A stretch of DNA of 63,038 nucleotides, counting the filler, from Asterionella formosa (lineage: Eukaryota): NCBI GenBank assembly GCA_002256025.1. It is 4 parts of 4 records of this genome, joined end to end, with 100 filler letters (N's around TTAATTAATTAA, not from the genome) between each part and the next. Parts side by side here need not be neighbours in the genome. Positions count along the whole stretch, not along the records: positions 1 to 29,552 come from NKIB01001013.1; 3 more parts are not named here. The stretch is one strand, 5' to 3'. Shown piece by piece: positions 13,822 through 22,614 of this stretch. Every line of letters starts with the position of its first letter. The stretch's first letter is position 1. The notes under the pieces were generated by a model. It made no database searches. It had not been told where the DNA came from and worked only from the letters and a program-made list of their open reading frames with translations. The position numbers and the translations under genes are program-made.

Positions 13822-15921
13822 TCACCAATAATCCTGAAGAAAGGACTCTCCTGGATCACAAACTGATTTGGGGGAAGATGATGAGCCATTAGGTGAACCT
13901 TCAGAAAGGGTTGGCACTAAAAACGGGTATCGATCATGCTCGTTTGAGTCAGGAGCAACACTGGTGTTACCCAAGACCGGGTGTTCGAGAAGGCTGGATT
14001 TTTTCATTGTTGAAATTGAACCTTCAATGTCGTAGGAATTAGAAATTGGCGCGATGAGACGGTTGCTGGATGGTCTACGATTCTTTCGCCTGGTATTCTT
14101 GGACGTTGCCCACTTTGCAGTTATCTTGGACATTGGTGATAGTTCATCCTCGTTGACGACGTTCGATTGACGCCCGACTGGGGAGTGGGATTTCTCAACG
14201 AGAGGCACTGTTTGGGATCCAGATACTTGGCGTCTACCGTCTTCTGCTTCAAAAGGTGAGTTCATGATCGCCTCATCATCAAGCAGGCAACGAGATGCCA
14301 ATAAAGCCTGCAATTCGTGAGCGAACTTCAAAGGCAATGATTCCGATGACGTTTGATGAACACAAGTCACGAACGAGCGCCTTGGCATCGTCCTTGCAAC
14401 AATGTTGACATGGGAAGGCATTGTATCCAAGCAGGTTCCTGGGACCTTTTGCCCCTTGTCAGAATCGCTTTGAGCTCTATCCACATCTGACATTACAACT
14501 GTTCGGTTGAAGTATGTGAAATCATCATTATCCTTGGAAGGCAATTCAATTGGCATGTGGCAATTATCCAGTCTTAGATCGACGTCGAGGCGGGCAATCG
14601 TTGGGATTCCAGGTCTCGCTGAGGTATGGTTTGGTAAACATTTTGAAGTGCAATTGACCAAGCTAGGAGGAGATTTCGTATGAATGGAACTTTTCCATTT
14701 CGTATTAAACCGCTTGCTGCAATGCTTGTCGGGGTTTCTTCGAACAAAGTACCCTCGAATTATCGATTGAAGCTGAATGACTAATGCCAGCATGTGAGTT
14801 GCTTCATTGCATGCAATTTTCATTCGAACATGGCTCTGGACTAGCGTTACCATCTTAAGCCATTCACCCTCGTTTGAAGGGTAAGGGCACCCAGAAATGC
14901 AACTCGACAAAATTTTTGACGGCCCGTGGGCCAGACTTCCCGTGGCTTGACCTCGACATGTATTCCATTTGGGAGACTTGAGATCAAAACCCGTGAAGGT
15001 AAGCGATTTTTCGGCATTGACAAATCCAGATGCCACACCCATCCTCGACTTCCTTCCAGCTTTCGGTTTACGATAAATACGCAGGATTGAGAATGACAAC
15101 CAGAAATAGCCTCCAATCAAGGCAACAGCAATTGCCGCGAGTCCAGTAAGAGTCTTGTTTAACTCTCGAGCTTCCCTTTCAGCAAGAGTCTTAATTACCA
15201 ATAAAAGTTGGTCATGCCTTTCCAAAAATGGCGACTCTGACACACCGAAATGTTTTGTAGAATCAAAAATAGTTTCATTACCTGTCCATTCTTTGTCATG
15301 ATTAAAAGAAATGTTTTGCCTAATTGCACTAACTAAAATATCCTTGATCAAAAATTCCGCTTCCGAAAATTCAAAAATCACCTCAAACTCCATAATACCC
15401 CCATTCTGGTTGTGATGAAGGGGACGTGTGAATTCTTCCCTTACAATCTGATCGCTATCTTCCATGAACATGAGAAAGGTTGACGGGATTGCCTCCACTG
15501 GAAGAAAGGTATCATCGCCGAACTCTCCATTCAAATTGACTTTGGTCTGACAGGACGATAGACTCAAAAAATATCCCCCGCTCTTGGACAAAAGTGGTGC
15601 AGTATTCAGCAAGACAACATTGTCTATACCGCAAGAATTGAGTTCTTGTTGTATGATGTACGTGGCGGCAAGTTGCATTGGACTGTTGGTTCCGTCAATG
15701 GAATCCAATGGAATTTCTGGCAGGACAGTCAAGTCGCACCAGAGTGGCATCGCCGCAGGATCCATGAACATGCGAGTAGAACCCTCGCCATTACGATCAG
15801 GAAGGATATTTTCCGATTCATTAGTACGATCTGCAGTAGAAAAGTCGCTGCCGGCAGAAATTGTCGAGCAAAACGATTTCAGGACCAGAATCACGGCTGT
15901 CTCCGCGATGTCCTCGTTCAT
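13822..15921 (-). CDS. Uncharacterised single-pass membrane protein with two IQ calmodulin-binding motifs
   Basis: First in-frame ATG is at 15921 (MNEDIAET). TM segment LTGLAAIAVALIGGYFWLSFSIL is followed by basic RIYRKPK. IQ-like VQSHVRMK and LQSIIRGYFVRR. Confidence 0.7.
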   Translation of the reverse strand: MNEDIAETAVILVLKSFCSTISAGSDFSTADRTNESENILPDRNGEGSTRMFMDPAAMPLWCDLTVLPEIPLDSIDGTNSPMQLAATYIIQQELNSCGIDNVVLLNTAPLLSKSGGYFLSLSSCQTKVNLNGEFGDDTFLPVEAIPSTFLMFMEDSDQIVREEFTRPLHHNQNGGIMEFEVIFEFSEAEFLIKDILVSAIRQNISFNHDKEWTGNETIFDSTKHFGVSESPFLERHDQLLLVIKTLAEREARELNKTLTGLAAIAVALIGGYFWLSFSILRIYRKPKAGRKSRMGVASGFVNAEKSLTFTGFDLKSPKWNTCRGQATGSLAHGPSKILSSCISGCPYPSNEGEWLKMVTLVQSHVRMKIACNEATHMLALVIQLQSIIRGYFVRRNPDKHCSKRFNTKWKSSIHTKSPPSLVNCTSKCLPNHTSARPGIPTIARLDVDLRLDNCHMPIELPSKDNDDFTYFNRTVVMSDVDRAQSDSDKGQKVPGTCLDTMPSHVNIVARTMPRRSFVTCVHQTSSESLPLKFAHELQALLASRCLLDDEAIMNSPFEAEDGRRQVSGSQTVPLVEKSHSPVGRQSNVVNEDELSPMSKITAKWATSKNTRRKNRRPSSNRLIAPISNSYDIEGSISTMKKSSLLEHPVLGNTSVAPDSNEHDRYPFLVPTLSEGSPNGSSSSPKSVCDPGESFLQDYW

Positions 15922-16144
15922 TGTTGGTTCAGTTAATATAATAGAGCCAACTGAAGACAGCAAGCATTGATAAAGCAAAGAAGAACGAGCGCAAGACAAC
16001 CACCTTGGCAGCGACCTTTTTCGTTGCAGATCAGATTTGCAAAAGTACCGGTATTACGGTATATAAATATTTGAAGATACCCAGAACCATGTGAGCCACT
16101 CCTGCTTTTGAATCTGTCTCCAAGACCCCTGCGTAGAATTCTAC

Positions 16145-16894
16145 TCAATAAAGGTCACGTCGATACGATTCCTCAAGTTTTGCTAGCACGGTGTCGCGCC
16201 GCGTGATTTTGGCGAAATTCTTCACGTTTCCTCGAATGAGCAGGACTCTTTGCATTTCTTCGACTGTCAAAATTTGCAATCCGTTGGGCTCTTCTTTTGA
16301 TAGCGCCAAGTTGACAAGTCTTTGATTCTTCTCTATTTCTTCGTCTCGAATGGACTGAATAATGTTTAAGTAACCTAAAGAATCGTCGTCACCGGAAGCT
16401 AATTGTGCAACACGTGTAACAACAAACTCTTTGGCACGTTGTTTGGATTCAATCTCCAGCTCGTGCAATGCTCGTAGCAATCGCTTGTATACATTAGAAA
16501 GTCTCTTGAATTTACTGATCATTATTGGTGACTGCGACTTGGAAGGTTGCACTCGAAGCTCGAGGGCATTCAAAGCCATCTTAGTAGCTTCTTCTGTGAA
16601 TTTCGACTCTTTGTCTTTGAATCTTTGCAGTTTTTGTTGTTCGGCAGTGCGCTGTATAGCTTCTTCATTTGCTTTCTTTTTTCCCGCGGCCACCACACGT
16701 TTTGGTGGAACCTCAGGCAGTTCCGTATCTGGGGGAATTGCCATAAACAAACGCCAAAAGACAATATTGCAGCGAGGTTTCAAAGCAACACAATATCTTG
16801 GCGCAAAAAAGGCATTTGCTTTCTCATCAGGCAGAATAATGGTAAGAAATGCAACTGCTATAGAAACTAGCAAGGGATGAAACAACAACAGCAT
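16145..16894 (-). CDS. Putative plastid-targeted coiled-coil protein with a C-terminal SAP/Rho-N-like helix pair
   Basis: Hydrophobic signal peptide, then ANA-FFAP (ASAFAP-like). Charged helical middle. C-terminal LTVEEMQRVLLIRG...RRDTVLAKL. Confidence 0.7.
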   Translation of the reverse strand: MLLLFHPLLVSIAVAFLTIILPDEKANAFFAPRYCVALKPRCNIVFWRLFMAIPPDTELPEVPPKRVVAAGKKKANEEAIQRTAEQQKLQRFKDKESKFTEEATKMALNALELRVQPSKSQSPIMISKFKRLSNVYKRLLRALHELEIESKQRAKEFVVTRVAQLASGDDDSLGYLNIIQSIRDEEIEKNQRLVNLALSKEEPNGLQILTVEEMQRVLLIRGNVKNFAKITRRDTVLAKLEESYRRDLY

Positions 16895-17048
16895 GACAAA
16901 AACTACTACCTGTAGTCTAGTTTGATGAAAAATACAGATTATGCATGGATAATATAATAAACATTAGTAGAGTGGTATTTTCGTTTGCTGTCATTTCGCT
17001 CACGACAGTTTTCATAAAGAACGCTTCACTATGATGATGTACCGCTAC

Positions 17049-17194
17049 CCTGGTACCAGGTACCATACCCCTGGTAGTCCTGATAGTACCACCTGGTACC
17101 AGGTACCATACCCCTGGTAGTCCTGATAGTACCACCTGGTACCAGGTACCATACCCCTGGTAGTCCTGATAGTACCACCTGGTACCAGGTACCA
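17049..17194. repeat. Perfect 43-bp tandem repeat x3 plus a partial unit, built on the GGTACC palindrome
   Basis: Unit CCTGGTACCAGGTACCATACCCCTGGTAGTCCTGATAGTACCA starts at 17049, 17092 and 17135, with a partial unit at 17178. More GGTACC units continue to ~17405. Confidence 0.95.
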
Positions 17195-17544
17195 GGTACT
17201 GTAATAATGTACCGGTGTACCGGTAGTCGTGTGTGCTATGTACGGTAGGACGACCAGACGTCCAGAGGAAATGTAAAAATTAGCATACCTGGTACCTGGT
17301 AGCAGGTACCAGGTATCATGATGTTGGATATACCGTATATGCATCACAAGTGCGAGTTGTTCTAGACAAACAGAACTACCTGGTACCTGGTACCAGGGTA
17401 CCGGTAAGGGAACCGGTGACATGTAATGATCCTCTACCGCGTAAAGCAAATAAAGAATGTTGTCAATCTTATTTATGATTATTTGGGTGTGGACTCTTTG
17501 TGTGCACCTTCTACATGCCTCCTCCAGAATTTTCAAACATGTTA

Positions 17545-19158
17545 CTACAACGTGCCCTTTCTATAAGAATCACGTCCTGGAATTCCCCTCGTCCTACGGA
17601 CAGGCCGGTCAATATATACAGAGTTGGTTTGTGGGCTATGCAAGGCAAAGAAAGGCCTTGGCAAATCTTCACAGAATTCTCGCATTCGTTGCTTGGCATC
17701 TTGGAGGGACTCGGCTTCAAAGTACACAGGTTGGTATGTTGTGATAGGGAATTCTTGACAAGCTGCCACTGCTGGATCCCATGGTTTAATTTCAGGTGCT
17801 GAATCCCCGCTTGGCCTGCAAGCATGTTCAATTTCTCCATAGGATGACAAGAGACCCGCCCCATAGGCTTTTGTGTCACCATCTTCTTTGCAGAGTCCAA
17901 ACTCTACTGAATACCAATAGCATCGAGCCAACTTGACAACATCTTCATCTGAGGCTCCCAGTGAAGCCAATCCAATCTCTTGCGAGAAATCGGCGAAGTC
18001 ACGGTCGGCAAACATGGGTGCATGGCCAAGTAATTCGTGACATATGTCAGGTTCAGGAGTGTACAATGGCCTCGAATGATGCCGAATGTATTGGGTCGAG
18101 AAGAAGACTCTAAAGGCAAGACCATTAAGAAAGTCTCGCGATGACAAGAGGCCTGCAACAGGGCGCATCCTAAAGTTGGTTCGGCTTTGTAGAAATTCAG
18201 AAATGTCTTGTTGTTGCGGAATGTTGTCTCTGCTATAACCACAATGTTCCATCATCAACCTAAGTGAGTGCTGCATACATGCTTAGTGGGATATCTCATG
18301 AACAATTTTGCATAAAATAGACCAGAGAATGATTCACTTACTAGATATTCTCTGCATGCATATTGGTCCCACAACTCTTCCATTCGATCCCATACTACTC
18401 CCCATGTTTCGATTTCAGTCGCAGTGTACGTAACAGTTTTAATTGGTTTGTCCCATCTATGATTCTTTGCTGATTTCGTGAGAAATGCACGGCGCTGTCG
18501 GTACACTAAATCATGAAAGCCCGGATGGTCACTTTCTAAATGAGTGCCAGCGTCTAGGGTGCGGTTGGCCACCAAGTCTAGTTCTGAAATATGTCGTGGG
18601 AACCAAGTGACCTGCAGGTTTTTGAAACAAATCAGCAATGAATGAGGGTAGCGTGGATGGAAGGAGCCAAGAAACACTAACCCAAGCAAAACTCACCTCT
18701 TTTTCATCCAGAATCATGAGTTTTTCTGTCATTGGCTCAAGCGACGCCAAAAGTTTCTCAACATTGTCGTCGCCTCGTTGTCCATCAAAGTCCACGAAAA
18801 AGTCAAATTTGGTTCCATCCACTGGGCGACTTTCAATGCGACTTACATTGACATCATACTTCCAAAAGTACCTCAAGACATTGTGAAGAATTCCGACTCC
18901 GTCTGCCAATTCCATCAACAAGGAAACTCTGGGTGTTTCTGTGTGTAGCTTTGGAGCTTGCAGGCATTTGAATTGTCCACTGTCCATGGTAATATTCGAA
19001 GGAGGTTCGGGATACAAAAGGATGGGGTCATCTTGCGGTTGAGTGGACATCCTGCAGCGTCGCAGTGGAAGTGCAAGGCGCCGCTGACAAATCGTGGGAC
19101 CAGTCGCTACAAAGCGCTGAGTAATGAATGCACGAGACAAGGACTGGAGGAGGGCCAT
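17545..19158 (-). CDS. PAH: Phenylalanine 4-hydroxylase (aromatic amino acid hydroxylase with ACT domain); exons 19158-18697, 18611-18342, 18270-17545
   Basis: ACT motif [23 protein letters not shown], and Fe ligands in [16 protein letters not shown] and [12 protein letters not shown] introns 18612-18696 and 18271-18341 give in-frame EKE|VTWFP and EYL|HSLR. Confidence 0.95.
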
Positions 19159-19685
19159 GGCCAGCGGTTCTTGGATCGAATTGCTGGTAGGGGGTGGGGC
19201 TGCTTCTGTGTGTGGCTGACGCTGTGACAGCTCTTTCGTTCACTTCTTTCACTTGATTGCATTCACATCAATACGAATTGTACCGGTACATAGATCTCCA
19301 TCATTGATGACAGGAAAGGGAATCGTGGATGCAACGCCTACGTACTATCGTGTATGCTCCGTGACGACGCCAGATCGAACACTACCGGGAAAGCAAGAAC
19401 AAATGCATCATCATGAACATCCACAGCCAGCACGACACCGAACAAACGTGCGAACCCGTCGAGTCGTCGTTCTCAGCCAAGCAAGCAAGTACCGGTAGAG
19501 TGTTCTGATCGAGTAACTTTATTCCGGCAGATGACGAGGGAAAGTCGACTCACGCGATCACATCGAAATCCAAGTGGCAGGCTGGCTGGCTGAACAATTC
19601 CGTTCGATTTGTAAGAATCTCCATTAAAAAATTCATTCTTGTCCGCCTGTGTGCCGTTGTAGTCGGTAGTTTTGACTCCAAGATC

Positions 19686-20441
19686 ATGAGATTGCTCGCC
19701 TCGGTCCTTCGCGCTTCCTGTACAATGCTCTCCTCATCCCTTACCAAATCCCTCCCGTCGCTCGCTGCCGAGTCTCGCCGCCTCGTACTCTTGCGCCATG
19801 GTGAAACAGACTGGAATGCCCAAGGCAAAATGCAAGGCGGCGGCTTTGATATACCATTGAATGACAATGGTCGAAAGCAAGCTGCATCAGTGGCTCAGGT
19901 ATTAAGAGGTATGGCATTGGATGTGGTGGCATCCTCTCACCTAGCTCGAGCCACTCAGACGGCTGACATTATAGTGAGTGAACTACAACAACCTTCCGAT
20001 AATGTGGTGCGAGTGTCCAATGCGGACTTTGGAGAAATGCGCTTTGGACACTTTGAAGGAGCCACTATTAGGGGCCCAGAGAGCACTGAAGAAGTGAAAG
20101 CAAACCTTTTGTTGGCCACTAGCAAATTGCTTGGCAACGTCAACGCAGAGTATCCTGGTGGTGGGGAGTCGACGTTGCAAGTTGCGACTCGAGCAAGACA
20201 AGGTTTGGACTCACTTCTGACGGAATACCCAAATGCGCAAACGATTTGTGTGGTGGGACACGGCCGAATGAACAAGATTTTATTGGCAGCACTTTTATTT
20301 GATAATGTGTTGGAATTTGACGAGATTCGGCAAGGCAACACGTGCATCAATGTATTGGACATGGATCTGGAAGGCAAGTGGACGGCCCATGTTTTGAACA
20401 GTGTTGAACATGTACATCCTCAAGTCAAGGAATTCTTGTGA
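19686..20441 (+). CDS. Histidine phosphatase / phosphoglycerate mutase-like protein
   Basis: LLRHGETDWN catalytic motif, SSHLARATQTA, GEMRFG, GGES and VVGHG. Confidence 0.92.
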   Translation: MRLLASVLRASCTMLSSSLTKSLPSLAAESRRLVLLRHGETDWNAQGKMQGGGFDIPLNDNGRKQAASVAQVLRGMALDVVASSHLARATQTADIIVSELQQPSDNVVRVSNADFGEMRFGHFEGATIRGPESTEEVKANLLLATSKLLGNVNAEYPGGGESTLQVATRARQGLDSLLTEYPNAQTICVVGHGRMNKILLAALLFDNVLEFDEIRQGNTCINVLDMDLEGKWTAHVLNSVEHVHPQVKEFL

Positions 20442-20956
20442 TGGTCAGAACAATTGATTTACATCAGAAATTAAGTTTAGTGAAAGCAAGATCAATGGGT
20501 AAGCAATGCACGAAATATTCGTCCTTCGAGCAGATGTTGCTCAAGTTCTCAAGGCTAACAAAATAGTAGTTTGTGCCGACGTTGGGAAATCATCTGCATT
20601 GCTTCAACCGCTGGTTACATTGGAGAACATGCTTATCTGAGACTACTTCGTGAGTTTTTGCTATAATGGGACCATGATTCACCAAGGCAATCTATACATT
20701 ACTATTTACTGCAACAGAATAACAGTGTAAAGCCTGAAAATATTGGAGTATGGCCAAGAAAGGGAACTTATTTTTTTGTCACAGCCCCACAGAGAGTGAC
20801 AAGTCGGGCCATTGTATGCAACGTAGAGTCGAAATCAGATCTGTCCCTGTTTCTATTGGCTTAATTTTTTCCCGACTGATGAACTGCGAATAAGGTTGAT
20901 GTCAAAAAATTCTACTGTAACATATCAGACTTCCACTAATACTGTTAGTGCCAGTA

Positions 20957-22081
20957 CTACATGAACCTCATCACGCTTGTCCGAAAGGTCACGTCAGGTG
21001 ACGAATGCAGCACATCAATGTCTCGATAGCAAAGCAATTCCCTTCCTTTTCCATAGCTTGGCTTTACAATGTATTCTTCGCTTACTGATCCCTGAAATAA
21101 AACAGGTTCCATTCTAGGATGATCTTCAGGGGCAATGCATTCACGCACTAGAGGGAGGACATGAGAAAAAACACCAGTACCTTGGTAGTTATCTTGCACT
21201 GGAAATCCCCAAAGGACCGTCTTTGAATTGCCAGGCGAACGACCTGAATCTTGATGCCATGAATGGTTAATTTTCCTATCCAAAACACCAACAATGTCAA
21301 TCCAATGATTGGATGGTGTCGACCCACAGAGTCGCCCAATGGCGTGCATTAATTCGTCACCTGTCGGTGCATTGATTCCAAGGCCATCCTTGAGTACTCT
21401 CGTCAAGCGGACCATTCGATTGCTCCCATTACCTAGTGGCGTTTTCCAAGAACCCTGTAACGACGAGTCGGTAAGTAGCAACATTGCCTTTGCTTTATCA
21501 CTCAACCCTTGATATTGAGGTGTAGCATCGAAAATGTCCATTCTCATGCTATCTCGTATACCATTCCGAAACTCCCCACAGGAGTTGAACATTTCTGAAA
21601 AGCCAAGCCCCGGAAATATCTCATCCAGGGACACGAATTGGAAGGGTGGCTGATGGGGAATGATGGTACCTAACATGTGGCTATTGCTGTCATCCGACGA
21701 AGTGCCATCCATCCTTGCATGTAGTGGCAATTGTTGTTGTAACATGGTGTTGTTCGCGAGATCGAGGGGAAGCGCATCATGGTTGGAGATTTGTTTGGAT
21801 ACGAGTTCCTTGGCGTTGAATGCAATTTTTGGTCGTGTTGTGGAAGGACCTCTATGAATCGACTGGGAAGGAGTTCGTCGGCGTTCGCTTCGAGGGGGAC
21901 CTGCCGCCGATAAGTAAACAACAGTGCTGGTGCTGGACTGTCGTGCCGGTATCGAGTACATGCAAGGTCTGACGGTATGTGTGCATGACGACAGTACCGG
22001 CATATGAAACGCAAGGCAGGAGGGTGGTGTCACTAGAACGAATGATGATATGACAGCAAGGAAGACGGCGCGGAAAGACAT
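20957..22081 (-). CDS. Putative plastid-targeted protein, possibly an Fe(II)/2OG-dioxygenase-like fold
   Basis: Signal peptide ending CLA-F, followed by an S/T/R-rich transit region. HSWHQD (HxD), a distal DVLHSSPD and a terminal R (FRTSVMRFM). Confidence 0.7.
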   Translation of the reverse strand: MSFRAVFLAVISSFVLVTPPSCLAFHMPVLSSCTHTVRPCMYSIPARQSSTSTVVYLSAAGPPRSERRRTPSQSIHRGPSTTRPKIAFNAKELVSKQISNHDALPLDLANNTMLQQQLPLHARMDGTSSDDSNSHMLGTIIPHQPPFQFVSLDEIFPGLGFSEMFNSCGEFRNGIRDSMRMDIFDATPQYQGLSDKAKAMLLLTDSSLQGSWKTPLGNGSNRMVRLTRVLKDGLGINAPTGDELMHAIGRLCGSTPSNHWIDIVGVLDRKINHSWHQDSGRSPGNSKTVLWGFPVQDNYQGTGVFSHVLPLVRECIAPEDHPRMEPVLFQGSVSEEYIVKPSYGKGRELLCYRDIDVLHSSPDVTFRTSVMRFM

Positions 22082-22202
22082 CGTCGTACTGATGAATGTG
22101 AAGACTACAAATGAGTCATTGATAGATGAAGATTAAATACCGGTATACGGTACCAGTACAAGGTTCCTGTTAACCTGGTACCAGTATCGGTATATTTTAT
22201 GT

Positions 22203-22319
22203 AGGAAAATGATATTTCGTCGCCCTAGCCCTAACCCTAACCCTAGACTCTTCCAATCTAGCATATGAGCGAAGATGGGGGTTAGGGTTAGGGTTAGGGG
22301 GATGAAATATCATTTTCCT
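22203..22319. mobile_element. 117-bp foldback/MITE-like element whose 41-bp terminal inverted repeats contain telomeric CCCTAA/TTAGGG units
   Basis: 22203-22243 matches the reverse complement of 22279-22319 at 38/41 positions. Spacer is 35 nt. Confidence 0.8.
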
Positions 22320-22614
22320 TTTTTAAAGATAGACACCAGTATTCCCCAATGATATCATTGTTTCATCATCAACTTTCTGCAATACATCAAATTTTTACTT
22401 TGGTGCGTTATGTAATGAGAAGGAATCCTCATCCTCGCTATTCCTTGCCACTTAAAGTTGAGATATACAAAAGCCCAGCCAGGAATTAAGCTCACTCCTT
22501 CGCTTTGCAACCAGCATAATGATATACGGAGCTCTTTACGGAGTATTTTTCTATTCAAACAAAATCTCTTACTACCGCTATTACTTAGTTCGTCCATGCT
22601 TCGCTGTGGTCTTG

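Noticed and set aside
17049..17194. CRISPR-like array of palindromic repeats
   Set aside because: The units are fully identical with no unique spacers, there are no cas genes, and the context is eukaryotic.
2749..17536. ORFs rich in VPGT/WYQVPG/WYLVPG (2749-3090, 4904-5320, 17045-17536, also 25225-25425) as a repeat-protein family
   Set aside because: These are translations of the GGTACC non-coding repeat.
22221..22300. True telomere or chromosome fusion site
   Set aside because: Only ~3 units per side, oriented CCCTAA...TTAGGG (opposite to an end-to-end fusion) and enclosed by non-telomeric inverted repeats.
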